A stretch of DNA of 64,000 nucleotides, taken from contig CM120648.1 of assembly GCA_051362555.1 (NCBI GenBank), forward strand, positions 10,102,587 through 10,166,586, written 5' to 3'. The notes beneath the pieces were generated by a model that saw only the letters and a list, made by a program, of their open reading frames with translations, was not told the DNA's origin and made no database searches. This stretch comes from Lingula anatina (Eukaryota > Animalia > Brachiopoda). Shown here one piece after another: positions 1 to 19,719 of this stretch. Position numbers and translations under genes: made by a program. Positions within the stretch are counted from its first letter, which is position 1. Each line of letters begins with the position of its first letter.

Positions 1-279
1 GTTAGACATAGAGGTTTGTATCCATTTTCGAGTAAAATTAGGCTCTTAGAGGGTTTAAGCGTTGCAAGCGGCGCTATCATGATTTTACGTGGTTTTGACA
101 AAGGGCTTCGACTTCTGCACATGGGAGCTGTAGGAAGCGTGCTGGCGGCACCCTTTGATGTTTACACCTTAGCACAGTCCTGCGTTAAGATGTATCGCGG
201 GACCGGGTCTGAACAGGCTGATAAGATCAGAGAACTCGCTAAAGAAATAAATGACTTGGCCCAGCAGTTCAAACAATGA
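1..279 (+). CDS. 3' end of an apolipoprotein L-like protein (5' part outside window)
   Basis: Frame is open from base 1 to TGA at 277-279. The C-terminus GAVGSVLAAPFDVYTLAQSCVKMYRGTGSEQADKIRELAKEINDLAQQ has the ApoL pattern (hydrophobic helix, D-V-x-x-L, G-x-x-S-E-x-A-x-x-[IL]-R-x-x-A-x-E-[IL]). Family call is from recall. Confidence 0.55.
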   Translation, partial: VRHRGLYPFSSKIRLLEGLSVASGAIMILRGFDKGLRLLHMGAVGSVLAAPFDVYTLAQSCVKMYRGTGSEQADKIRELAKEINDLAQQFKQ

Positions 280-1056
280 AGACCGGGCATAGGATGCGTG
301 AACTTGTTCAGTGAGGATACGAGACTCTAACCCGATTGCAACATACATGTACCTTGGCCTTCAATATAATTTACAATAATTGGAATGAGAAATGCCAACG
401 TTGACAGAATGAGACATAACTGATTTCTCAATATGCTGAACTGCAAATACTTAAGTTCTTTGGAAAAAAAAAGCGACTCGACGATTTGACAATAATTTTC
501 TTCCAATATATAATGCACTCAATTGTTGGCTATTCTTATCCGGTATGGCATTAGTTCTGGAGTTCGGATCAATGTAAACCATTAGTATGTCCAAAGAAGG
601 GGATGGAGAATAGTTGTCCCTGATAGATTTTATGATAAAGTTTTTAATCTTTTCAATTCTTCTACTTTGGAAAGACGTAGAATGTCTTTTAAGAAGTTAG
701 GAAAGACTGTCAAATTTAACCAAACTTTAAAGTATTGATGTAGCAAATTTTAAAGATCACATAAAATATATACTGTGTCAAAATTAAAAACAGAGCGGTC
801 AGGATACACTTTTATCCCTTGTTTTTTAATATAATTGAAAAGTACAGCAAGGAAAAGGTCAACGAGCAAGAAGACTGTTCAATTTTACTGTGCGTCGATC
901 GATTTCATTCTCATTTGTTGTTGTTGTTTTTAGTTGTTTTTTTTTAGTACTCTGGATAAATTGACTTCGCTTAACATGATGTGCTTTCCTAAACAAAGTT
1001 GGGGTGGGAAACTAATGTATAGGGGCCTACAAAGTATATATATATATATATATATA

Positions 1057-1171
1057 TTCTTTACTGGTTAGGGTGGTGATAATAAAGCTCGTTATTTAAG
1101 TAGTGCGCACAACATAAAATATTTTATTACATAAATACTTTATATTATTATTGTATATATTATTTTAGTTA

Positions 1172-1246
<75 letters not shown>

Positions 1247-1440
1247 TCTTGACAAACATTTGTACATACATGTACAGCGACTTTCATCTACATTACTTGA
1301 AAGGCTGCACGTGCAGATATTTCTTAACTGGTTAGGGTGGTGACAATAAAGCTCGTTATTTAAGTAGTGCGCACAACATAAAATATTTTATTACATAAAT
1401 ACTTTATATTATTATTGTATATATTATTTTAGTTACTCAT
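1057..1440. repeat. ~120-bp direct repeat (1057-1176 and 1321-1440) with a (TA)n tract between the copies
   Basis: Near-identical copies of ttct..actggttagggtggtga..tttagttactcat. Confidence 0.9.
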
Positions 1441-2777
1441 CTATTATAATTTTATTGTATTATTATATATAATTCCCCTTGGAGAGCACCTGTGTTAGTC
1501 ACTGCCAGACACACCCTGTGGTATACTGGCAATTCACAGACCTCACAAAGTCGTGAACGGAAGTTACCTGTATGATGTAAACAGGTTACTGTACATGTGG
1601 TCTCCGGTATAGCAGGGAATTATATTCGATATAATTCCCTGGGTATAGTAGCTGCGGTAACAGGTGGAGGTGTGGTCATAGCAGTGGCAGAATGAGCTAT
1701 TGCATGCTCAAAGTGAGCCCTGATAATTCCTCTATAATACTCCCTTCGCTAAAATGAAAGCAACTAAATTAAATTTTAAAAACAGGTTATAGATAATTGC
1801 AGTGCTCGACCAATATGCACTCTTTTAGGCTTGACTTACATAGGCTTTTAGACACGTATCACTTAGAGAGCACAGTTATGATAATTGTGCATTTAATTTA
1901 CTTGGTGACATTTGACGTCTTTTCAGTTTGATTGTGATTTTGATTTCTATAAAAATCACCGTAGAACATCAGGATTGAGTAGTTTGATATTCTTTATTTG
2001 AATAAATGATAAAAAAATGTGTATATCTGCACCGTTCTTTTCGTTTATTTTTTCCTGTATTATAATTCATGTTAATTATGGTGTTTTTTGGGATAAAATG
2101 GTAAGTGATAATCTTTAAAAAACGTGAAATTGGAGGGTTCACAACTTATGTATCTAGTGGGTAGGTATTTGAGGGGATTGCCCCTGTCGGTTACTTAAAA
2201 TGAAAACAATAGTAATTTCTGGTCATTTGCAGTCATTTTCTACGCATTTTACTACTTCATAGTTTAACAAGAGAGGCACTGGTATCAATGTACTAAGTAG
2301 TACTGACATCACCCTAAATAAAACGAAAACACTAAAGGAGATATAAAGAAATGTTAAGAGGAAGCTTTTGTTAAAACGTCCACGTGTCTTTACCGTTAAT
2401 AACCTTAAATCCATGGATATTAAGTACGCTGCTGGTACTATTAATAAACCTGCCAAGTTACAAATAAAAAACGCAGGCTAATATGCATTCTCTTTGAATG
2501 GCTTTGCTTAAAAAAAAAATTAAATTGCCTTATGGTAGAGAAATCTACCAAGGTGCTGCCTTTGTGTTATAAACAATGACAGAAATGTTGTGATCCATAT
2601 TGCAGCTTCCTTGCCCTTCAGCTAACGGGATTGCTATTTCACAGACCCTCGTGTCGATTAATTACTGTGCCATGCAGGTAATTTCCATTATAAACCATTA
2701 AACCGACCTGCATGTAATAACTAAAGCCGTGCTATTTTTCCTTCTCTATTCGACATCATTGTAAACAACAGGCCCTG

Positions 2778-2831
<54 letters not shown>

Positions 2832-2900
2832 GGATTTACATGAGAGTGCTGTTACACTGCTCCTGCAACCTCCCATGTAACCTTGGTAACTAAGTTCTTA

Positions 2901-3444
2901 GAGCGCATTCTCAACGAATTAAGCCAGGCTTTACAAAGCCGATGACCTAAAAATGGCGGACGTACATGAAAGAAAAACCGCCTAATCTTTTAATAGTCTC
3001 TCCGCCTCTCACACGCCTCCCCACACGTCGTCCCTGCGGGGTAGAGTAATTAAATCTCGGCTCCGAACATTAATATTTCCGTGAATATCTCTGGTGATAT
3101 TATCTCCGTAGATAATCGATTCATTGCTGCTACGGGCCAAATTATTCCTTTTTCGTCTCTGTTTTCAAAGATAATAGAACAGAAGAGCTTTTTTCCTTCG
3201 ATCGCCTTCAGCCGCCATGCTTTCTTCACCACGAGTTTAACTGATGAGCATGCGCACTTAATATTTCTCAGGTAGCTTCCGCATGGCGAACGGAGACGCG
3301 ATTTAATTACTGTACCCCGCAGGGACGACGTGTGGGGAGGCGGAGAGACTATTAAAAGATTAGGCGGTTTTTCTTTCATGTACGTCCGCCATTTTTAGGT
3401 CACCGGCTTTGTAAAGCCTGGCTTAATTCGTTGAGAATGCGCTC
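2901..3444. mobile_element. MITE with ~165-bp terminal inverted repeats and TTA target-site duplication (PIF/Harbinger-like)
   Basis: Starts gagcgcattctcaacgaattaagccagg and ends cctggcttaattcgttgagaatgcgctc. TTA at 2898-2900 and 3445-3447. Confidence 0.9.
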
Positions 3445-3671
3445 TTAGAGAGTGAACCCGACTTACGTTTATTTATTTATTTATTCATTTTTATTTTTTT
3501 TATTTTATTTTTTGTATAACCGGACCCAGGCTGTTCCTGACGCCTTTATGGGAAGATAAGGAGAACTGGTTTCTCTGGCTTAGCTTTTTTATTTTTTTTT
3601 CAGTACTAACCGGTCATCACTCCGCTGAATACACAGCGTACCAGAACTGGAAGAACTTTGAAATAACTTAA

Positions 3672-4589
3672 AGGGATAATAACTCTTCGTATGAAATCTG
3701 TATTTCACAATAAAAACATTGTGAGTGACTCATAAAAATATAATATATTCTGTTTTCCCACAAAAATGGTTGTTATAGCTATTATTCTGATATCTGAGCT
3801 TGTCTTTAGACCACGTGACCTCCATTGATGGCTATACTCTGTTAAAATCTCTTAAGAGATTTTAACAAAAAACCAAACTTTTTAGAAAAAAAACAGGGAC
3901 TAACTTTGAATGTAAAAATGGATTCATTAACCATTGGTAAGTATGGCTTTTTTATCTAAGGCAGTTGAAAAGGGCAAATCTGGCCACTGAGGATCTAATA
4001 GTTATATATCAATCAATAATTAGATCAGTCCTAGAATATGCATGCCCTGTGTGGGGGCCTGGTCTTACAGCTGAACAATGTGAATGCTTAGAATCTGTTC
4101 AAAGGAGAGCTCTTAGAATTATTTACCCATTTTATACTTACAAGGATGCCCTACAGGCTAGCAATCTCACCTCTCTGAGGGAGAGAAGAGTCGTTTTACT
4201 TAAGAACTTTTTTACAAAAATCAAGAATTTTAATAAGCTACACCATCTGTTTAAACAAAAGAACCCAAGAAATCTCAGGGTCAGCAACAAATTTTTAATA
4301 CCAAAAGTAAAAACGGAGCGTTTTAAATCATCTTTTATAATACACAGTCTTTTAAATTTTATGTAAATTACTGCTTCAAACTGTCTTATAAGTCTTTGGT
4401 CCTTTTAGTTTAGTTTATAATTCTAAGTTAATTTTAAAATACCTTATGATTTTATTATTTAAGACGCATTGTAAAACTTCAACCTATTAGGTTGCGATTT
4501 TAGTAAATAAATTATTATACTTATATATGAAATTGTTGTTTACTCCAGGAAAATTCATTTTTTGGCCGAAACGAAGAGTTATTATCACT
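3672..4589. mobile_element. TTAA-flanked non-autonomous DNA transposon (Kolobok-like) containing a LINE fragment
   Basis: TTAA|agggataataactcttcgt ... acgaagagttattatcact|TTAA. Confidence 0.7.
3940..4520 (+). mobile_element. 5'-truncated non-LTR retrotransposon (CR1/L2-group), C-terminus of ORF2 plus 3' UTR
   Basis: ORF 3965-4366 contains YQSIIRSVLEYACPVW..LESVQRRALRII..SLRERR..PKVKTERFKSSFI, typical of the region after the reverse transcriptase. Confidence 0.85.
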
Positions 4590-5025
4590 TTAATGCTCTT
4601 CACTTGGCTTTATTCCTTGTTCGAGTACTTTCGAGAGAAGACCACGGCATGCACATTTTTAAGAGGGTTTTTATTATTTTTTCCTCAATTTACACGAGTT
4701 TAACTTGATTTTAACACATACTCGTACAAGTGCATATTAATCTTGAATTATAACATGATTATCATCAGTGAAGGGAAACAATCAAAATCACAAGTCTTTG
4801 TTTTTGCTTTATTTTCCACATTTGCTTCTAAACATTCACCAGAAAATTTCAAAGTACACCCCATTCCACCATAACCACGTCATTCCCTCCAAGTACCCTG
4901 TTATCAAGGGACGGTATAGTTAATGTTAACAAATAAAACCAATAAAGGTAATTGCAAGCCTCTGTGGTATCTGTACATGTATACATGTACAGATACATTC
5001 CTGGGTTATTGTACTCTGTTGCTTA

Positions 5026-5346
5026 ACCGGTGTGACAGGAATGGTAGTCCGCAAGTGCGTGTCACATTACTTCGTACGGGTGACGTTCGTCCCATATACA
5101 TACGTATCAACCCCAATACTACCAGGCACGTAGAGAGGGGGAGGGGGTTGTCGGGAAAAGGTCTCCTATGGGTAAAATTTTATTTAAGTATACGAAGGTT
5201 TCATGCTAACAGGTCCACTTTTTTAGAAAAAGAACTTCCCTTTTGAAATAGCTGGCCACGGGCCTGACAACGAATGACCCTAACACTTATCATAAATAGG
5301 ACCCCGGACTTCCATTCCTAGGACTTCCATTCCCGTCACAACTGCA
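5026..5346. mobile_element. Small element with imperfect terminal inverted repeats, flanked by TTAA
   Basis: ttaa-ccggtgtgacaggaatggtagtcc ... ggacttccattcccgtcacaactgcac-ttaa. Confidence 0.5.
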
Positions 5347-7508
5347 CTTAAGGAAAAAAAAACTTGGACAAATAAAATGCTTACTTCGCCCAAGGCATAA
5401 ATTTAGAAGTTGATTGTAGTTGAGAATCATCCTTAGATTCCGAACTTGAGCTTTGATCTCATTTAACACAACATATACTTGCATTCTCTTTAAAAATTAA
5501 CAAAAACTTAAAGCAATAATACAATATTTAAAAAATAATATCCCCTAATTTTTCTTTTTGATTACACTGCGAATTTGTTGTGGAACTGTAGAAATCTAAC
5601 ACCTATTCGATCTCTCCAATTTAAGTCTCCCAGATCAAGTTTATATGTAACATATAATAATAACGCCCCCTTCCCTAAAATGAAATAAAAAAGTAAAATT
5701 TAAATAAATGTAAATAAAGCAGTAAATTACAATTGCTTACAACCAGTCTTATGCGACATCTAGCCCAAACACAGGGCTGTTTTTACCACTCACACATAAC
5801 TTGAACTCATTTTAAGGTCGACACAAACACAGCATATCTAGGCCATACAGGTAAGCCTATTATCTCTATGTGCTGCTCTCCCACTACTTATATATATAAA
5901 ACTTACTAAACCATTTTGTCTTTTGTCACAGAGGATACTATTGAAAATGGACAAAAGCTAGCATTATTCTGAAGACCAAAATTATAAGGCATGATAGATC
6001 CGTTACAAATTCATAGCTTGACAGTACATGTAAATGGGTTAACGTTGCCGTGCACAATTCATAAAAAAAATATATATATATATAAATAAATATATATATA
6101 TATATATATATATTGATGTTTCAGAGCAATAGTCACCTTAGACTGATGAGCTCTACATATCAATATGAATTGTAAATCGTGAAGTAATAAAAAAAAAATC
6201 CAATTTTAAGTGAAGACCAAACTTCAGGCGTAGTTTTTTCAAAGCTAGACGTGTGCAAGACACCATATTTTCTTTAAAAAAAAAAATAATAATAAAAACT
6301 GTCCTCCTTCTTGGGAATATTGGAGTGCACAGTTGCTGTGCAAAGAAACTATTTATATTAATGTATACAGGTACGCACTCAGCTGATGAAACTGGATTAT
6401 TTTTTTCAGAAAACAACATTACAGAGGACTATCACATATTTCGTGTTGATCTTGCCAAAGATATCTACAAGCAACACCATACCTTACTTGCAAGGAGCTC
6501 AAAGTTTAAAGCTTGTACATGTATACTACAGCATAAACCTGTAAGAATTTGATTTTTAAATAAAAATAATTTCTATGAAACACAGAAATCATATTCGGGT
6601 TTGAATATCATCATCATCAACAGCCATACTTAACATGCATATATATGTACTAGAACAAGGGGGCTTGTGTAACCTTATATAACATTGAAATTTTGTATGG
6701 AAATACATCCATATCAGCTGGAATTAAAGTATGTGCACAAAGATAATGGCTAACAGGCATTTAATAAGTACTGAAAAAAAAAGAGATATGTCTTCCTAAA
6801 AATGGAATGTAATAAACATACTTGGATCATGGATTTAATAGCCATTATCTGATCTGCAGTAACAGTGCAAAAAGAAAAAAAAAACTTGTTAGACTGATAA
6901 GAGACAGCTGAAAAGAGCATGCATTTTTCATTGGTACCTTGAAGTACACAGTACACAGTGCACAGAAGTACACATCACAACCACAAAGTTTAAGTGGGCA
7001 AAGCTAATAGCACTTACATGCACAGAAGACCATTATCTATTCTGAATTAAAAGAGTATCTGAGGATAAGTCTATAATCCATATGTTGAGATCCCTTGCCA
7101 CATAATCCCATCATATAAAATGCAATAATGTCACACTGCAAAACACCATGCTGCGACATGTTTCACATTCTTTTTGATCATAATATGTTACAGTTTGTTC
7201 GTACAAAATGGCATATGATGTTGTCACAGTTTCTATAAAATCACATTTGACAAAAAGAAAAAAAATGCCCCTCATATATATATATATATATAATGCACTA
7301 TTCACAGGTCCTGTTGCTTGACATCACAGGACATCATGTGTCTCTCATATCTTGAGATGTCACAGATGCTATCATATATAACACAGTGTGTTAACACAAC
7401 TGCCCCTTGTTTAACAAGTGTGAAATCCCATAGCCCCATAATCACATGACGCACTGTGATGTCACAGCTCCAGTCACATGACATGCTGTGACATCACACA
7501 CTTGTGCC

Positions 7509-8537
7509 TCATATCACATGATTCGATACTTTCGATCCGCTTTGATGCTCCCCTTTGGCTAGATTGTCCTCAATCTGTCTTTGGTTCTTTTCCTCCTTCA
7601 TTTTCACGAGAGCATATGCCAGTGCTCCGGTCATCACCATTATATTGCTCACCCACCACAACCAGGGTTTACTCTCCTGATAGATAGTCACCGCCATAAT
7701 TGTCTGTACCACAGACTTTGCATTATTGCTCACATGGTGAGTCACTGGGGAGGTGTAGTGAATCTGCAAGGCGCTGGCCCACGCAATGAGAAAGCCCAAA
7801 ATACCTGATACAACCATGGCCATCCAGAAGTACACATCGCTGGCTTTGTCTGACAGCCAGAAGGCTTCTAATTCCCCACTTGCTATCACTAAAGGGGTGA
7901 ACAACATGGCCGCGTTGAAGTTGTTGTAGAACGTCACTCTGGCCGAATCCTTGTCGACAATATCCAGTGCTTTTTTGATGGTGATGCCCACCAGAGCCAC
8001 AAAGACACTCGTGGTCACGCCGTACATTACACCACGGACCGACAACGTCCCCGCAACTTTTTCTTGATCTACACCTAAAATGAATCCACCAACCACGACA
8101 AGGCAGCAACAAATTGCCTTCCAGGAGGAGTACTTCTTAAGAATAATTGCCGAAAACATAACTGTGAATATCAAAGTCATAGAACGTGCTATTTGGAAGA
8201 AAGCCACGCCGACATGCTTTAGGCACAAGTTATTGAAAGACAGCATGCCGACAAAAAGTCCCGATAACACGACCATATTCCGCGATAATCCTATACTGGG
8301 ACTGTAGCTGATTGTATGGATGTCGGGATAGCACATTTTCCCCGCCCGTGTGTAGAACAGTACAAATACGACACTGATGATGCACTGAAAGAAGGCTACA
8401 AAGAGAGACAAATCCAGGGAGGAGAACCGACTCCCCACCAGATACTTGTTGGCAAACACCATTGATATGGACATCGTCCAGTAGTTCATGACCACTAGGA
8501 ATATCTTTAAATAGGAGGCTCTCTCCTGTTTCTCCAT
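7509..8537 (-). CDS. SLC35C1: GDP-fucose transporter 1 (nucleotide-sugar transporter); single coding exon
   Basis: 342-aa multi-TM ORF with YWTMSISMVFANKYL, FNNLCLKHVGVAFFQIARSMT, YGVTTSVFVAL and QIHYTSPVTHHVSNNAKSVVQT. A 5' UTR intron probably spans ~8996-11825 (GTAAG donor at 11825, TTTCCAG acceptor near 8996). Confidence 0.95.
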   Translation of the reverse strand: MEKQERASYLKIFLVVMNYWTMSISMVFANKYLVGSRFSSLDLSLFVAFFQCIISVVFVLFYTRAGKMCYPDIHTISYSPSIGLSRNMVVLSGLFVGMLSFNNLCLKHVGVAFFQIARSMTLIFTVMFSAIILKKYSSWKAICCCLVVVGGFILGVDQEKVAGTLSVRGVMYGVTTSVFVALVGITIKKALDIVDKDSARVTFYNNFNAAMLFTPLVIASGELEAFWLSDKASDVYFWMAMVVSGILGFLIAWASALQIHYTSPVTHHVSNNAKSVVQTIMAVTIYQESKPWLWWVSNIMVMTGALAYALVKMKEEKNQRQIEDNLAKGEHQSGSKVSNHVI

Positions 8538-9367
8538 CTCGTCTCTATGAGCACCTCTATTCCAAAATAAATTATTTCAGTTATTAACTGTTACTCCAGC
8601 TGATGATCTGGATGCAATCTCGTATGATGGTGGTCGATAAGTTAGATGTATTTATATATGTATACAGCAACTTCCTAGAGTGAATATCTAAATGAATAAA
8701 TGTTCATGGATGTGGGTCTTTAACAGTTAATGTGCACCGGTGACATTATGCAGAATCTTCTCTGGTTGACAGCAATGCTGGCACTGGCATCCACGTTGAC
8801 ATGCATTGGCCAGATTTAATGACTAAATAAATTAACTGCTCTCTGCCTGGTCTCGTTTCCGTGGGGTTTTTTCCTGTCGTTTTGCTTTTCTTTACTTGTC
8901 TAGCACAAAAGAAATGATCATAGAAAAGGTTGTGTGATTCACTTCAATGGAGAAACTTCCTTATCCCCCACTATGTGTGCCAGTCAGCATCATCTGGAAA
9001 ATATTTCCAAATTCTAATTAATTTTTTGATTTTAAAATAGAATTAAAATTCTACATTATATTTTAAATTTATCATTATATCATGTTTCTATATGACATAG
9101 CAGCAGCCATTTGTTAAGAAATGCAGAAATTCTAGAGCTGACTTATTTATTGATGAAGAATATGTAGTGAATACCTGAACCAGCATATTCAATAATACCG
9201 ATCTTGTATGAATTGTATTGAAGCATTATTATCTATGCATGGTATCAGCTGTGCATTTATATATATATATACAGTAATATAACAGAATCTGAAACTATAT
9301 AAGGTGCATTCTCTGCACAGGCTCCTACTAGTACTCAGACTGAGACCAAACAAAATGAGACACTGAC

Positions 9368-9575
9368 CCCATTCCCACAGATTTTAGATCGATCTATCCC
9401 CATGGGGAGTCTCAATAGATTACTGTCAGCTTAGTCAGCTTAAATGTCTGTCCCGCCTACAAAAAGCTGTAAGGGGGTAATTAACTATAGTGTGCCCTCG
9501 GCTAACAGCAAATTAGCGTGAACACCCAGGGAGTTAGGTTGATCCATATGGATCAATCTAAATCTGTGGGAATGC
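9368..9575. mobile_element. ~210-bp MITE family with TIR ccattcccacaga..tagatcgatc; related copies at ~9590-10195, 15501-15710, 31786-31993, 40330-40462 and 59740-60130
   Basis: Shared inverted ends and shared internal sequence (ctaactccctggg, cttaaatgtctgtcccgcctac) in all copies. Confidence 0.8.
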
Positions 9576-11825
9576 AGTCATTGACTGCGTTCCCAAAAAC
9601 TCATTGTACCAGCTAGATCAATCTAACTCTGTGGGGCTTCTCGCTAAGTGCTTTCAGTGTAATCAGCTTAATAGTCTGGAATACCTCCCTAACACTAGTG
9701 GGCTGGATATGGTCTTAAAGTGCAATTTAAGATAACTACTAGTAGTGATCCACGATCATAATCATTACAGCAGTAGTCTTAAAATGGACTGAATCTGCTT
9801 TTAAGTTCAAAAATGATCTAACATCTACATAAGTGGTCAAGCAGTTTCCTCCCCTCTCAATGGGGGGACACCTCCCCTCACAATAGAGGACACCTCTGCT
9901 CACAATAGGAGAATGTGTAATGGAAGACAACTTAATTGGCTGTTAGACTAGAAATGGACTTACTCTTTGTTTAAGATCATGTACTAGTAAGACAATCTGT
10001 GATCTTAAATTGCACTTTAAGATCAAATCAAGCCCACTAGTGTAAGTAACTAGGGGGGGCCAATAACTATCATTACCTCCTAGCAGCTTGAGATGGCATG
10101 CCACATATTAAAGTTGCTCAAAATGAATGCAATTTTGTGAAAATCCCATCAGAGTCAGATCGATCCAGCTAGTGCGATGAGTTTATGGGAACGCTCCCAC
10201 TGAGGTTGCAAGGTCAATAGTTTTGAAATGTGCAACTAACTGAATTCTCCCTACAGCACATCACTTGATGTTAGAAAAAGCTTGCGAGGATCGTTAAGGA
10301 CTTTTTTTAACTTTCCCAGCTAGATACAGAGAGCTATATGACTAGTCTGGGGAGCAAGATCAAAGGTTGTTCAATTATAAAAATATACTGTTTATTTCAA
10401 ATCCATTCATTAAAAAGGTATACTACTATACTGTATGTATTTAAAAATTTCCCTAGGTCATATTTTGCTTTTACTAGTATGTCAATATATATCCTGTAAA
10501 ACTTTATATTTTCCAATTGAGGTCTAAAAGCTATAAAACCCTGTCATATAAAAGCACTGGCATTGATAGTTCTAGCAGGAAATGTACCGGAAAAAATATT
10601 TAAACCACCAAATTAAAGCACAGGGACAGGTCAAGCAAAAACTTGGGAAGAAGATGAAAATGCCCCCCCCCCCCCCCCTCCTCCTCCCTCCGCAGAGGAA
10701 AACTAATTTTGGCAGGTAAATCTCGTGAACAGTACTTTTTTTTCTTTAGCAGGAAAATCTTAATCTTTGCATCTGTTAGAACTGTACAGAGCATTACATA
10801 CTAGGCTTTTAATGATTAAATTAAAATGCTTCTCATATGCTTCTCCATTCCCTCTACAACTAGTAGTTGGGAACTTCAAACAATCAGTTGCTAATGCAAA
10901 GCAATGATCACAAACACTTAAATCAAATTTCAATTTTGTTGATGGAGATGAACTTGCAATATTAACCTTTCAATACTCTTCTTATTCTTTTCTCTTCCCT
11001 TTCCTTGTGAAAGTACTAGTACAGGCAAAGAGAAGGAATTCTGACCCACAAGACTTACAGAGCCATATGAGAAAAAAATGATACAATGAACTGTACAAAA
11101 GGATACACAGAAGCACCAGACAGCCTAACGCTAGATCAATGGAGAACAAAGCGATAAAGGTAGACAGGGAGGGAGGGTGATACCCCAATACAAAAATATG
11201 GATTGACCTGTTAAGACTTGTTTTTTTATTTATAGACATAAGACTAGAAATTGTCTCCAGTCTGAGACACATGGTGCTGGAGGCTACATGTAAAACTTAG
11301 CAGGTGATGGGTTTATCTAGGTCATTACCTACTGAAAGGCCTTAGGATGAGACCCCACTATATAAATATATATTTTTTAAATAATTTTTGTTTGCTAAAA
11401 TGTAACATTCCAGCATTTGATTTATACACATATTTGATTCGAATCTTCCTGGATGACTAAAAACATTCTTTCATCCCATCAAATGATTGCTTACATGGTA
11501 CAAAACAACACTGAACTGGGCTATACCCAGTAACAGAACATCAGCCTATCTAGGCAACACAGTTGACACATTTTTTTATCGATTAAATAGTTTTTTTTAA
11601 TTTAAATATATAAATCCACAATTAAAAGACAATGTAAAATAATCATAAGACAGTTTTTATTTCGGTGTCGGGAAAGCCGACTATATTGACACCCGGCATA
11701 AGGGCATTTCAACTTCTACAACAACAGGTGCACCGTAAATTGTGACACCATTTCACGAAAAGTCAACACATAATACTAATAAATAGTCTACCATTCAGTT
11801 ACAGAAAGCCGTGTACGTGACTTAC

Positions 11826-12634
11826 CGTTGTATCATATCAGTCTGTCCATATAGTAAAGCTCTCATCACTAAAAGCCTTTGATATTTAGCACTAAATAAT
11901 TAAATATTAAGCTGTAAATAATTCTACCCCACCTGCTGCGTGTCCAGCGCTGACATCTAGTGGCAGTTGTGCCAACACAGTCTTTGAGACACGATAACTC
12001 GGTCATTTACACTTAAAAACCGTGGAGAGGCAGCCTGATCCAGTGAATGATGTCTAAAGATATCGTTTAAGAATTTTTTCGGTATTCAGCATCTGAATGA
12101 ACAAAGTGAAGTGTAATTAATTTGTGATTCTTGTGCTTTAAACTCAATCGGCAATCCTCGGCTCATTCCGCAAGCTCCATACTGACCTCTACCTCGGATG
12201 GGCGGAGAAATATGCATCAAATCAATGCATTTTGTCCGCCGGAAATGCCTTCTCACTCAATCAATTATTCTGCTCATAAAGATGTCCGTCAATACCCCTG
12301 ATTTTTATGATGCTTTACATTTTGCCAAACAATGCACTTAGTTTGACTTTGATTTAAAGGATAAACAGATACAAACGTTGAAAGGATTGTGGTCTAAATT
12401 AGCGCGAGGTTGAAAGTAGTTCCTTACCAACAAATCAACAAACAATATGGATGCCTCCCGAGGTCATTGTCGAGTGCGGAGACATCCGAGTAGTTCCGAG
12501 TGCTTGAAACTAAAGGGCACCTCTTTGTTCTTAAGGAGGAGAAGGCTGGAAAGTGGTGCTAGTCTAACAGGAAGGAAAATGTGTGCACAGGTTTACCGGT
12601 TGCAAGTTGGTTAAATATCGCTTTCTTTACACAG
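11826..12634. promoter_or_regulatory. Putative bidirectional promoter region between SLC35C1 and PIGA, with a CTCF-like motif at 11949-11964
   Basis: The inferred SLC35C1 5' exon (minus, donor at 11825) and the first PIGA coding exon (12635) diverge across <1 kb of CpG-richer sequence. gctgacatctagtggc resembles the CTCF core. Confidence 0.5.
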
Positions 12635-19416
<6,782 letters not shown>

Positions 19417-19719
19417 CAGGGTTTTGGTGATTGATGTTTCATGATGTTTGAGAATAAATTTAAATAATCTTTAAAACAACACCAGTCCGTAAGAATGAAG
19501 TAAGTTTTCTTCATTCTTATAACATAACACAGCTGATGAAATTCTTTTTCAACACTGGCCCATGTACTTACAGCATGCAAAATGTAAAGTTTGAAAAAGG
19601 GATTAAACGATAAAAAATAAAAATGAAATCAAGTTGTACACTTTGACTTTATTTTGATGTATCTGTTTCTGTGTAAATAAATGGAATATATGATGAAATG
19701 TCACTGGCTTGTTTTATGC

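Noticed and set aside
3050-3379. ORFs of 109 and 64 aa
   Set aside because: They lie within a MITE and show no transposase or other protein motifs.
8373-8400. CTGATGA..GAAA in SLC35C1 (similar hits at ~33734, 35225 and 41590)
   Set aside because: No supporting stems I-III; chance matches, mostly within coding sequence.
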